IMG/VR virus record: IMGVR_UViG_3300027844_000688
Coordinates: 1 to 61,145 of that record
From: a virus
Taxonomy: Duplodnaviria > Caudoviricetes
Direction: 5' to 3' (one strand)
Length of the DNA stretch: 61,145 bases
The notes under the pieces: model-generated
Database searches by the model: none
What the model was told of the DNA's origin: nothing
Seen by the model: the letters and a program-made list of their open reading frames with translations, nothing else
Part shown: positions 47,415 through 56,020 of the stretch, piece after piece
Position numbering within the stretch: position 1 is the stretch's first letter
Layout: each line of letters starts with the position of its first letter
Made by a program: the position numbers and the translations under genes

Positions 47415-48407
47415 TCAAAGCCCTACCGACACTTCTCGGGGATCAAAAATCCGAAGCAGGCCAGACTCAAAATGTACCCACGGATCAACGCAACCGTTCA
47501 ACACAGAGCGTTCTGTGTTTGCCATCAGTTCAATCAACTGACTGATCCCCTCTGTCCGCCACCTTCCAGCAGCAGGGAGCAGGTAGTTTTTGTACCTCCA
47601 CTCATTGACACCCAACAAGGCCGCTGCGTCTGTCGGGGCTATCTTTCGCTCCACCATATTTGCGGCACGCAACCAATCGAACACCGGGGAAGATGTCCGT
47701 CGTAAGACCTCAATCAACGAGTTAGGTTGAGTAGTCTTGATCTTCTGGACGGCGTAAAGCACTGCCCTCCGAGATCGTTTCTCTAAAGCATCTGAAAGCA
47801 GGAACGCCGATGCGTCGGAGAGAGCCGCCATCGACCGCTTGATGTGAGTGGGTTCAATCTGGTCTGCCCCCTCGGACTCGGCCAGAAACGCATACTTCTG
47901 AATCTCGAAGAACAAGTGCCCGAGATCAGTGCCAATACGCCTGACCAGATCAGCGGCCAGACGATCATCTAACTTCTTGTTGTACCGGGCAGCTTCCTCC
48001 ACGCAGAAGCTCGCAGCAGCTTCCTCGGCTTTCCAGGGCTTCGGAGCGGTGAACTCCTTGTGGTACTTCGAGTGCTGGGTGACGAGGCGGCTAAAAGCCG
48101 TTTTCTTCTTGGGGGCTGACGGGCTGTAAACCAGCAAGGAGATGTTGCTTCGGGGGGAAGCCTTCTGCTCATTGACGATGGCCTCGTCAATGTCCCCGGT
48201 CGTGTGGGCAACAACCAAGGTGTTGCCCTGCATAAACAAGTGAGATGCCCCACCCATCGCAGCGGCAAACTCTTTGCGTTTTGTCCCATCCACCCGCTCG
48301 ACTCGCCAGCCTCGTTCAATGGCCTTCTGTTCTGTCTGCTGCAAGAACCGCCGCCGCAGAAACCCCTCCGAGCCAGAGAGAAACATCAAGGGTGGGACTC
48401 GTTTCAT
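47415..48407 (-). CDS. holA: DNA polymerase III delta-like subunit
   Basis: FLSGSEGFLR, GTDLGHLFFEIQK and AFLLSDAL; 330 aa. Confidence 0.75.
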   Translation of the reverse strand: MKRVPPLMFLSGSEGFLRRRFLQQTEQKAIERGWRVERVDGTKRKEFAAAMGGASHLFMQGNTLVVAHTTGDIDEAIVNEQKASPRSNISLLVYSPSAPKKKTAFSRLVTQHSKYHKEFTAPKPWKAEEAAASFCVEEAARYNKKLDDRLAADLVRRIGTDLGHLFFEIQKYAFLAESEGADQIEPTHIKRSMAALSDASAFLLSDALEKRSRRAVLYAVQKIKTTQPNSLIEVLRRTSSPVFDWLRAANMVERKIAPTDAAALLGVNEWRYKNYLLPAAGRWRTEGISQLIELMANTERSVLNGCVDPWVHFESGLLRIFDPREVSVGL

Positions 48408-49003
48408 GCCGAAGCCACCAACGCAGAGACAAACTCCAGCGTCGTAAACTGCTTGTGCTCACAGAGGGGGCGGAAATGGGGCCAGAACCGGGCGTGACGA
48501 TCCATATCCTCGGGAAGCAGTCGGAGACAGGCGTCGAGAAGCTCTGGTAGATAATCTCTGTGCTCTCGAACCGAACTAATCAACTCGGCGATCTGATTCT
48601 TCTCAACGTAGGAGAGAAGATTCTGTGCGGCCCCGTGCAGCCTGGGGGTCTCGTCTGACTGCATGTTGACCCAACGAGCAAAGCATCTGGAACGCACCGT
48701 GTCTCGAACTGAACCGATGTCCCCCACCCACAGGATTATCTGCCACGCAGAAGTGTCATAATCCTCCAAGGTCTTGAGTAGGACATCTTGCGTCTTCGGG
48801 TCTGCGTCATCGAGACGGATAAGGACAACCCCACGCCTGGAGCCGATCACGGGGGATTGAAGTAGACCTACCACCTCTCGGGCTGCGGCAACACGGAGAC
48901 CCTTTCCTGTTCCGAAGGGCGGTGCCGCCAGCATCCCAGATTGGGTGGCTTCTTCTCGGGCAGCTTGTTCAGCCCCCGGCCCATGAAATAGCAGTGCAGA
49001 CAA
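48404..49003 (-). CDS. holB: Short DNA polymerase III delta-prime-like subunit
   Basis: ALLFHGPG, QDVLLKTLED and TVRSRC. GGAGG RBS with TTG start. Confidence 0.7.
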   Translation of the reverse strand: MSALLFHGPGAEQAAREEATQSGMLAAPPFGTGKGLRVAAAREVVGLLQSPVIGSRRGVVLIRLDDADPKTQDVLLKTLEDYDTSAWQIILWVGDIGSVRDTVRSRCFARWVNMQSDETPRLHGAAQNLLSYVEKNQIAELISSVREHRDYLPELLDACLRLLPEDMDRHARFWPHFRPLCEHKQFTTLEFVSALVASA

Positions 49004-49035
49004 CCCTTCCTCCCGTACTACTCCTGCTACCCAGA

Positions 49036-49096
49036 AAAGAGGGAGTTCGACCCCCCATCAAATCGATACAAAGAGGGAGTTCGACCCCCCATCAAA
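49036..49096 (-). repeat. Tandem 27-bp direct repeat; each copy is a terminator-like hairpin on the minus strand
   Basis: AAAGAGGGAGTTCGACCCCCCATCAAA at 49036-49062 and 49070-49096. Confidence 0.85.
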
Positions 49097-49283
49097 CCGC
49101 TACGTGAAAGGGGTGGTTGCAGGTCTGACAGACGTACCGGAAGGCTCGCCCGCCAGTAGGGAGTCGGTGGATAAAGATGATCTTCGCCTGTGTCCCTTCG
49201 CAACGCTCTCCGCTGCCACGACAAGCGACCCAAACGATATCCCCTGGCCTCGGGTTGTTCTTTGACTGCTTATTTTTTGCCAT
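49092..49283 (-). CDS. Small Zn-ribbon protein
   Basis: MAKNKQ...CRG...C...CQTC. GAGG RBS. Confidence 0.6.
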   Translation of the reverse strand: MAKNKQSKNNPRPGDIVWVACRGSGERCEGTQAKIIFIHRLPTGGRAFRYVCQTCNHPFHVAV

Positions 49284-49287
49284 AGCC

Positions 49288-49914
49288 TCACTCGTCAGTG
49301 GTAGGTGCTGATCCGGCTTGTACCTTCCTGGGTAAAGATGCCGCCGTAGCACTTGATTCTACCGATGTAGAGGACTCTCCGGTTCCAGTATTCCCAACAG
49401 CAGGAAGGAAACCGTTATCTCGGAAGCTCTTGAGCAGTTCGCCCTCCAACAGCTTGAGCACTTCTTTGTAGTCTTTACGATTCAGTAGGGTCTTGATCCG
49501 AGAGGCGGCCTTCTGATTGGCAGTATCCTGAATCACCGGGACGACCCCATACTGCCAGTGATCCCACTTTATGAAAGACGGGAAATAGGGCCGGAAATAG
49601 GGGCGGATGGGTCCACCCACGGTCGCCAAGACGGCCACCTCCAAAGAAGGAGCGGCACGATCTGACGTAGGGAACCACACAGAGCCCTTTCCCAAGATGA
49701 CATGAAGAACCAGGATGGCGAGCTTGTGGGTGTAGCTATCAGCTACCACATAGGGTTCATCAACAGGGGTACCCCGTACAACGGGGGTTCCCTCTTGAGT
49801 TACCTTGTCCCCGATCCCAGAAATCCCCGGCTGGGTATGCACAGAGCCAGAAGAGTCCTTTCCCGTTCTTGGATCGATATCGACTAACGTCAGGGATGTT
49901 TTCCACTTTGGCAT
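49288..49914 (-). CDS. Hypothetical protein
   Basis: 208-aa ORF preceded by the promoter-like motif. Confidence 0.6.
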   Translation of the reverse strand: MPKWKTSLTLVDIDPRTGKDSSGSVHTQPGISGIGDKVTQEGTPVVRGTPVDEPYVVADSYTHKLAILVLHVILGKGSVWFPTSDRAAPSLEVAVLATVGGPIRPYFRPYFPSFIKWDHWQYGVVPVIQDTANQKAASRIKTLLNRKDYKEVLKLLEGELLKSFRDNGFLPAVGNTGTGESSTSVESSATAASLPRKVQAGSAPTTDE

Positions 49915-49945
49915 GTTCTTCCACCTGTCTCATACAGGTTGAGGC

Positions 49946-49959
49946 ATACCCAAACTATC
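49946..49959 (-). promoter_or_regulatory. Putative phage late-promoter motif (GATAGTTTGGGTAT-N12-ATGAG)
   Basis: Recurring motif. Confidence 0.5.
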
Positions 49960-49960
49960 G

Positions 49961-50024
49961 GGTGAAAGTTAGCTGAAAGTTGCGTATGTTTGGGTGAAAG
50001 TTAGCGAAAGTTGCTAACTTTGCG
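49961..50024. repeat. Clustered GAAAGTT repeats (iteron-like)
   Basis: Four direct GAAAGTT copies plus one inverted AACTTT in ~60 bp of non-coding DNA. Confidence 0.6.
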
Positions 50025-50543
50025 AACTCCAGACGCACCTCTCCCAGTTGCAAACACCCTCATGTGGAGAGATAGAAGCGAAAGAAGAGTGAAACTTTGT
50101 AGTCTCATTTCTGGATGTAGAACGATTACTGGCACGGTCAAAGATAAGAGGGTGTTCTCTATTCTATATAATAGAATAACCTTCGAGACTTTCCCAATCT
50201 CCGTAGGGGCTACCAGATGTGTCCACCCCTTGAAGGTGGCTGATTTCCCTTATGGCCCCCTTCCTCCAAAAGAGGGTCGGGGTACACCGTGGTACATTTA
50301 GCTGTCAATGAACCGTGGATTGAAGAGACGCCGTATGAGCTTCCCGATGGTTTCCCACCTTCCAGTTCTTCTGGTTCGTCAGAAGGTCTGACTCCCCTTA
50401 CTTCCCCTACACCCCCTCCGAAGAGGGCTTGACGGTTTCGAGGTGCTACTGAAATACCCCCGAAGGGGCCAATCCGACGAGGAAGCTATTGGGATTCCCT
50501 CTGCTTGTCAAGAACCTTGATCCCTCTCGACGGTTAGATGCCC

Positions 50544-50557
50544 ACTACTCCCCTTAT
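50544..50557 (+). promoter_or_regulatory. Putative phage late-promoter motif (ACTACTCCCCTTAT-N12-TAGA)
   Basis: Loose plus-strand copy of the motif upstream of the plus-strand membrane genes. Confidence 0.4.
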
Positions 50558-50607
50558 GGGTTTCTCTATTAGAAGAAGCCACCGAGCCACGGGGGGAGGA
50601 AAGCACT

Positions 50608-50877
50608 ATGAACAGCAAGATATGGGGGCATATCAAAGACGCTCTGGTCCTTGCGGTGATCCCCTTGGTCCTATGGGGAGTCCGCTTGGAGATCACCCTG
50701 GCAGTCCAACAAGAGAAGCTGAACACCGTTCTGGCAGAAGTCAGCGAAGCCAGCACGACAGACAAGGACATCTCTCGCCTTGTCCAGACCAACGCCAACC
50801 AACTCACGGCCCTGAACGGGAAAATCGATGTCGCCAATGCGAGACTTGATGCTATCAAAGACCTTCTGGATAGGTAG
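50608..50877 (+). CDS. Small membrane protein with coiled coil (possible lysis/holin-associated)
   Basis: GGAGG RBS, one hydrophobic segment and a heptad tail. Confidence 0.6.
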   Translation: MNSKIWGHIKDALVLAVIPLVLWGVRLEITLAVQQEKLNTVLAEVSEASTTDKDISRLVQTNANQLTALNGKIDVANARLDAIKDLLDR

Positions 50878-51340
50878 CCTCGGGGCGGTCATCCTGGGAA
50901 TCCTCATCAGTCAGGGGATGTTTCTCGGCCTATGGCCCCAGACCATTGAGATGGCACCCCCTGGTGTCCTCATCCAAGAAGAGCAAGCGGGGGTCTTTCA
51001 AGAAGACCCCACCACTGTGATCACAATAGTGGGTTCAGCCGCCCCTGATGGCCCTGAAAGCCCCTCCGCAGGCAAAGAGGGTGTAGACCCCCTGCCTCCC
51101 GCTACGGTCGCCCCAGAGGGCCACAACGGGCGTCGTGAGATGATGGAGCAGAGGCGGGTCATTGAAGTCCAGAACCAGCGGGTCGATGACTTCAACCGTG
51201 GCCTCGGCGAGTTAGAAGAAAAGCTCCGCAAGCGGCAAGAGCGGATCGACCGTCAGCAGGAAAAGGCCGACCGTTTGGAGAAGCGCATCGACCGCAAAAC
51301 CGAGAAGGTTGAGCAAGAAGCCGAGCAGCCTCAAGATTGA
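50828..51340 (+). CDS. Membrane-anchored coiled-coil protein
   Basis: N-terminal TM segment, Pro-rich linker and C-terminal coiled coil. Exact start uncertain. Confidence 0.6.
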   Translation: MSPMRDLMLSKTFWIGSLGAVILGILISQGMFLGLWPQTIEMAPPGVLIQEEQAGVFQEDPTTVITIVGSAAPDGPESPSAGKEGVDPLPPATVAPEGHNGRREMMEQRRVIEVQNQRVDDFNRGLGELEEKLRKRQERIDRQQEKADRLEKRIDRKTEKVEQEAEQPQD

Positions 51341-51384
51341 CCCGCAAGATCGCAGACGATTGCCGTGAGGGTTCAGGCTCTATT

Positions 51385-52584
51385 TTAGTTGAGTAGTGCT
51401 GCTGGTGGGATACTGATCCAAAAGCCGCACGAAGTAGCCAGCAGTTGTCTGGTCACCAAGTAGGGGTCGGCGTTCGCCGCAGGACGGCGGTCCTCGATGT
51501 AGCCACAACCCTTGGTCATCACGTCACGGGGAATACGGATGGATGCACCACGATCTGCGTCTCCATACTCGAACTCGTCGTAGTTGCAGGTTTCGTGCTC
51601 GCCTGTCATCCGAGCTTCATTCCCGACTCCGTAGACCGCCATATGCTCTTTGTGTGTCTCACCGAGAGCATCGATGATGGTGGCGATGTTCTTGGGAATC
51701 CCAAGTTCATTCCGACCCTGGTTAGGCTCACGGGTGGCCCAGGTGGAGAAGTTGGTATGTAGACCGCTCCCGTTCCAGTCACCTTGACGGGGCTTCGGGT
51801 CGTAGCACACAGCTAAACCATAGGTTTCGGCAACTCTGTCGAGGATGTACCGTGCCAACCATAGGTGGTCAGAAGCGATCAAGGCGTTGGCTTCATCCGT
51901 GTCAGACGAGAGACCTCGATGGCCGATCTGGAACTCCCATTGGCCCAAAGCCACTTCGGCGTTGAGACCGTAGATCAAGATGCCCGCTTCCATGCAGTAG
52001 CGGAGATGGCGCATCGCAATCTCCCGGCCAACGACATTTTCGGCTCCCGTTCCACAGTAGTACGGGCCTTGGGGAGAGGGTTCAGCACCCACCTCGGGCC
52101 AACCCATGATCAATCCGTTGGTGGCTCCCCGGTTCTCACTATCTGGGTAGTAGAGGAAGTATTCCTGCTCAAACCCAAACCAACTCTCTGCCTTGGCGGC
52201 ACCTTCATTGATAATGGAGGTCAAACGGGCACGGGTATTGGATACGTGCGGTGTGCCCTCGGCATCGAGCACTTCACAGAGAACGAGGAACCCCAGACCC
52301 TCTTTCTGGAAGGGGTCGAGGACGTAATGGACAGGTTTCAAGATGCAGTCGGAGTTCTGCCCTGTCGCTTGCCCTGTCGATGATCCATCAAAGCCCCAGT
52401 CTGGAAGATTAGGAACCGGGACATTAGAGTTTTCGGTGTCCCAGACCTCAACTACTCGGACTTTGCTCCGTACTTGTTGAGTAAGGGTGGGCTCGTCCTG
52501 CGTTGGGGTTGTTCCATCAAGCCAAAGGTACGTGGCGATGGCAAGGGTGGGTGCGGTTCTCGTATCGATCCTACGAAGTGTCAT
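51385..52584 (-). CDS. glnII: Glutamine synthetase type II
   Basis: YLWLDG, WGFDGSSTGQA, FGFEQEY, QGPYYCG, NAEV..GQWEFQIG, WNGSGLHTNFST, RGASIRIP and EDRRPAAN.DPY. Confidence 0.92.
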   Translation of the reverse strand: MTLRRIDTRTAPTLAIATYLWLDGTTPTQDEPTLTQQVRSKVRVVEVWDTENSNVPVPNLPDWGFDGSSTGQATGQNSDCILKPVHYVLDPFQKEGLGFLVLCEVLDAEGTPHVSNTRARLTSIINEGAAKAESWFGFEQEYFLYYPDSENRGATNGLIMGWPEVGAEPSPQGPYYCGTGAENVVGREIAMRHLRYCMEAGILIYGLNAEVALGQWEFQIGHRGLSSDTDEANALIASDHLWLARYILDRVAETYGLAVCYDPKPRQGDWNGSGLHTNFSTWATREPNQGRNELGIPKNIATIIDALGETHKEHMAVYGVGNEARMTGEHETCNYDEFEYGDADRGASIRIPRDVMTKGCGYIEDRRPAANADPYLVTRQLLATSCGFWISIPPAALLN

Positions 52585-52586
52585 GC

Positions 52587-52651
52587 GTCACGTCTCGCTC
52601 TTTATGTGTCACGTCTCGCTCTTTAGTGGTGTCGATCAATGATCGACACCA
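52587..52651. promoter_or_regulatory. Direct repeat plus perfect palindrome upstream of glnII
   Basis: GTCACGTCTCGCTCTTTA twice (52587-52604, 52608-52625). TGGTGTCGATCA-A-TGATCGACACCA (52627-52651). Confidence 0.6.
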
Positions 52652-52666
52652 TACCCAGCACTGGAC

Positions 52667-52704
52667 AAAGAAAAGCCCGTAGCTGCCGAAACAACCACGG
52701 GCTT
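52667..52704 (-). terminator. Intrinsic terminator
   Basis: Minus strand reads AAGCCCGTGGTTG-TTTCGG-CAGCTACGGGCTT-TTCTTT. Confidence 0.75.
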
Positions 52705-52728
52705 ATCAACCCAGAAAGCAGCAAAGGG

Positions 52729-53694
52729 TTACGGGTTCAGACAAGTACCGTCATCGTCGAGCACTGTCACAATGCGGGAGGCCAAAACCTGTGTCAGAGG
52801 CGTCGTCTTCCCACCGCCGACAGAACCACGGTTCGCAGCCCCGCCACTACGGATGGGGTAGGAGCCTCGTTCCTGCACTTCACCCGAGAGGGTGGGGCTT
52901 GCAGCAACGGCGGTTCCGTCGAGGGGTGTAGGTCGGACATTGAGATCAGCAACGCCACCAAAACCAGCAGCGGACGAGAGAGAACCTTCACTGTAACTGA
53001 TGCGAAGACTGCCACTGTTGTAGATGGTACGGATACCCTCGTTCTCTACCGTGACGGTAGCAACCGGAGCGGTAGGGTTCGGGTGGTTAGACCCACCAGC
53101 ACGGACACCGACACGCTTGGCCTCGGTCGCCGATTTGGTGAAACCACCTTGCACACCGTCAGTGCCGGGATCAAAAGCACCCGCAGCCTCGGTCGAGTGG
53201 ATCTGGGCCATGTTGGCGATCTGATAGACCCGACCCGAAAGGATATCCAGCACGTCGGCCAGGGTTCCCGCAGAGTTACCTGTGGTGAGCGTACAAGCAG
53301 CGTTAGCTGCCGTACCCTGGATCGCAGTGTTGATAGCGGCCAGAGTGGTATCGGAGCCACCGTCAACCAAAGCGATGATCGCATCGGCAGAGGCGTTGGC
53401 GATTGCCGCCGTCATAGCTTGATTCTGACCACCACCATCGGCACAGGTGTCGAGCAGATATGCCGCAAGACCTTGAACCGGGCTGGAAGCTGAACCACCA
53501 CCCTTGGAGACCAAGATCGGGGTTCCGCCGCCGCCATCTTGAGAGATGGTCACGGTGTCACTGGTGACTCGGTTGGCATACCGGGTTTGGCCGGGGCCAT
53601 CGAGGTCGCTTCGTTGAGAGACGTTTGGGACCAGATCGAGAACCTGTACGGTTCCGTCAGAGACATTAGAGTTGGCAATACAAATGTAGGGCAT
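52729..53694 (-). CDS. Putative virion structural protein
   Basis: Probable start MPYICIAN. G/A/T/S-rich, followed by a terminator. Confidence 0.6.
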   Translation of the reverse strand: MPYICIANSNVSDGTVQVLDLVPNVSQRSDLDGPGQTRYANRVTSDTVTISQDGGGGTPILVSKGGGSASSPVQGLAAYLLDTCADGGGQNQAMTAAIANASADAIIALVDGGSDTTLAAINTAIQGTAANAACTLTTGNSAGTLADVLDILSGRVYQIANMAQIHSTEAAGAFDPGTDGVQGGFTKSATEAKRVGVRAGGSNHPNPTAPVATVTVENEGIRTIYNSGSLRISYSEGSLSSAAGFGGVADLNVRPTPLDGTAVAASPTLSGEVQERGSYPIRSGGAANRGSVGGGKTTPLTQVLASRIVTVLDDDGTCLNP

Positions 53695-53699
53695 GATGT

Positions 53700-54365
53700 T
53701 TACTCGCTTTCCTTGGGGGGTTCTGGTTCGGGTTCTTGCGTGGGAGTCCGTCCCAGCATGTCGTGATCTCCAATCGGCATCGCTGCTTTCTCCGCACACG
53801 GCGCAAGGTCAACAGCAACAGAAGGGACCGTCAGTTCTCCATCTGGGTTTGTCATCTCTTCAATCACGACAGGGAGTAAGCCCCTTGCCCATTTAGCACT
53901 TGAGATAACCATTTTATTGTCCACACAGTTCGGGATTCCCCCTGCGTAGTATTCAGCCAGGGCCAAAGCAGAGTCCAGCATGTCACCTACGATCTTGGCG
54001 ATCTCTTCTTCATTGATCACAGATTCCAAAGACTTTCCCGGTCCTCTTGGTGCCAAGCACCCACTAAAGTCGATAGCCACTTCGGGGAACACAGCCCCCT
54101 TCTTCTCAATGACTTCTGCTGCCGTGGAGAGCACCGTTCTTACCGATGCCCCTACAAGACAGATGGTGAAGTCACCGTCTGGTCGGGACTCTTGGATGTA
54201 AGCGATGGCTGCTGCCGAGCTTGCTCCATTTAGAGCCGCTACGACGAGGGGGATGTTCTGCTCGAAAGTGTTGGGTTGATACCCGGTCTGGGTTTGCTTA
54301 TGAAGCCAAGCACACCCTTGAAGAAGCAAGAGAGAGACCAATAATACTGAAATCGAATGCCGCAT
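53700..54365 (-). CDS. Predicted lipoprotein
   Basis: MRHSISVLLVSLLLLQG-C signal peptide and lipobox. Confidence 0.65.
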   Translation of the reverse strand: MRHSISVLLVSLLLLQGCAWLHKQTQTGYQPNTFEQNIPLVVAALNGASSAAAIAYIQESRPDGDFTICLVGASVRTVLSTAAEVIEKKGAVFPEVAIDFSGCLAPRGPGKSLESVINEEEIAKIVGDMLDSALALAEYYAGGIPNCVDNKMVISSAKWARGLLPVVIEEMTNPDGELTVPSVAVDLAPCAEKAAMPIGDHDMLGRTPTQEPEPEPPKESE

Positions 54366-54376
54366 CACACCCCCAA

Positions 54377-56020
54377 TCAATCCCACCAAAGACGAAGGGT
54401 TCCGTCTTTTCGGATATCTGATTCATCTACTTTGGCGCTGCTGCCTCGACCTGCTTTTTCAATCTGAAGTAAGAGATCTGGATTGTCACTACGGATGTAG
54501 AGGGCAACGCTGTACTCACGGGCGGCTTGAATCTCAAGATTGCCCATCTTTTCGTATTTCTTGAGCCACCGACCAACCTTGTCGGCGTTGAAGTCACCAT
54601 ATCCAAAGGGCATCGCAGCCTTCGCAGCCTTCTGCCAAGTCGATACATCCGTCCATTGGTTGGAGCGCCACTTGAGTTGGCGATGCTTCATGGCGATCTC
54701 GTAGTCCCCTTCCGTCATCGCTGACATATCGGCGAAGACTTTAGGTAGATCATTGAGGCCAGCAGCCAGTCGGATCAGAGCTTTGCGATCAGATGCCTTC
54801 TTGCCCTTCTCCTTCTTCTCTGGCTTGGACCCACCAGAAAGGGCTGTTACCAGGGAAGATTCCATCGCATCCAACCACTTTTCTTTGTCACCTTTGGACA
54901 TCATATCTAACCAAGAAGACCAGTCGCTTTTTGGAGCCGTCACCTTCTTCCGAAAAGTCTCCCCCACCTCTTTTGGGGTTGAAGCGGAAGAGATCATATC
55001 GTCAATCCCTTGACCCATGATGACCTTGCTGTATTGAACCACCTCTTTCCAAGTGTCCTCGGGGTCCAACTTCCCCCCTACGGAGGGGTCGGTGATGTCC
55101 TTGAGGGCATCAAGGGCTTTAGGCGTCCCAGCGTCTTGAAGTGCTCCTGACATTTCCTTGCGTGTTTGCTCCAGCTTCTCGGCCTTCTCCCCCTCCTTCT
55201 CCTTCTCGGGATCTCCAACGAGTCCCAGATCCTTCCTGAACTGGACGAACTGCTTTTTGACGGCGGGGGCATCATCGGGGTTGTTTTTGAGTTCCTTCTC
55301 CAAAAGACCGGCGAGGTGCTCTTCAACCGTTTTACCGGAAGAGATGAGCTTTTTGATGTCTTCCGACTTCACCCCCCACTTCAACTGGTCGCGCACGGGC
55401 ATAGCCTCAAAAACTGCGCCTGCTGCTTCACCCTTGGCCTCTCCAGAGGGCTTGGCCTTCTCGGTATCACCTACACTGTGCGCCTTGGGGTCAGCGCCCG
55501 GGTGTTCCTTGAGGTACTTCTTGAGAGCCTCTTCAGTGGCGTGTTCCTTCGCAGTCTTCAGCACCCCAGCGGTCTTCTGGCTGGCGAACATGCCGCTTGG
55601 GAGTTTGATGCCCATAAGGTCGGCGACCTTGAAGATATTGTTCCGTTGAAGGCTGATGTCCCAGTTCTGACCACCCTTGATCAACTGGGTGAGCCTGCTG
55701 ATAGCGTTGTACTCGTTGTCTTTGATCTTCAAGGAGTCAGAGAGCTTGTCGGTGATGTCCTGCAATAGCTGGGCTGATTGCTTGTCTTGCTTTTCAACCG
55801 TCCTATACAGCTTGAAGAAGTCTCGTTGGTCGAGAAGCCTCCAGAGGATCTCACTACCTGCGTGTGCGGCCTGACGCCTCGTAACAGTCTTCTTGCCTTT
55901 CTGGGTGCTCGCCAAGAACCACCATTCGGAGTTACTTGCCATCTTGATCAGTGGGAGTAGCTTTGGTCGAAGATCTGGCCGCTCATAGGCGAGCTTGATT
56001 GCTGCGGTCCGTAAAGACAT
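54377..56020 (-). CDS. Modular protein with an N-terminal IKLAY..P.LR helix
   Basis: 547 aa. Domains are separated by KMAS, KTAG, KTAK and KKAS. Confidence 0.75.
   Translation of the reverse strand: MSLRTAAIKLAYERPDLRPKLLPLIKMASNSEWWFLASTQKGKKTVTRRQAAHAGSEILWRLLDQRDFFKLYRTVEKQDKQSAQLLQDITDKLSDSLKIKDNEYNAISRLTQLIKGGQNWDISLQRNNIFKVADLMGIKLPSGMFASQKTAGVLKTAKEHATEEALKKYLKEHPGADPKAHSVGDTEKAKPSGEAKGEAAGAVFEAMPVRDQLKWGVKSEDIKKLISSGKTVEEHLAGLLEKELKNNPDDAPAVKKQFVQFRKDLGLVGDPEKEKEGEKAEKLEQTRKEMSGALQDAGTPKALDALKDITDPSVGGKLDPEDTWKEVVQYSKVIMGQGIDDMISSASTPKEVGETFRKKVTAPKSDWSSWLDMMSKGDKEKWLDAMESSLVTALSGGSKPEKKEKGKKASDRKALIRLAAGLNDLPKVFADMSAMTEGDYEIAMKHRQLKWRSNQWTDVSTWQKAAKAAMPFGYGDFNADKVGRWLKKYEKMGNLEIQAAREYSVALYIRSDNPDLLLQIEKAGRGSSAKVDESDIRKDGTLRLWWD

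Noticed and set aside
26507-49003. Bacterial chromosome origin for the recA/dnaX/nusG/nrdJ region
   Set aside because: The genes are divergent, tightly packed with phage-type ORFs, co-oriented and contiguous with virion genes. Bacterial synteny is absent.
49036-49096. GTTCGA T-loop-like sequence suggesting a tRNA, or a mini CRISPR array
   Set aside because: No cloverleaf can be built, and there are only two copies with a 7-nt gap.
50423-50530. GGGCTTGACGGTTTCGA resembling a tmRNA 5' end
   Set aside because: No matching 3' acceptor/T-arm ending in CCA and no tag ORF were found. Some pairing potential exists but not enough to call.
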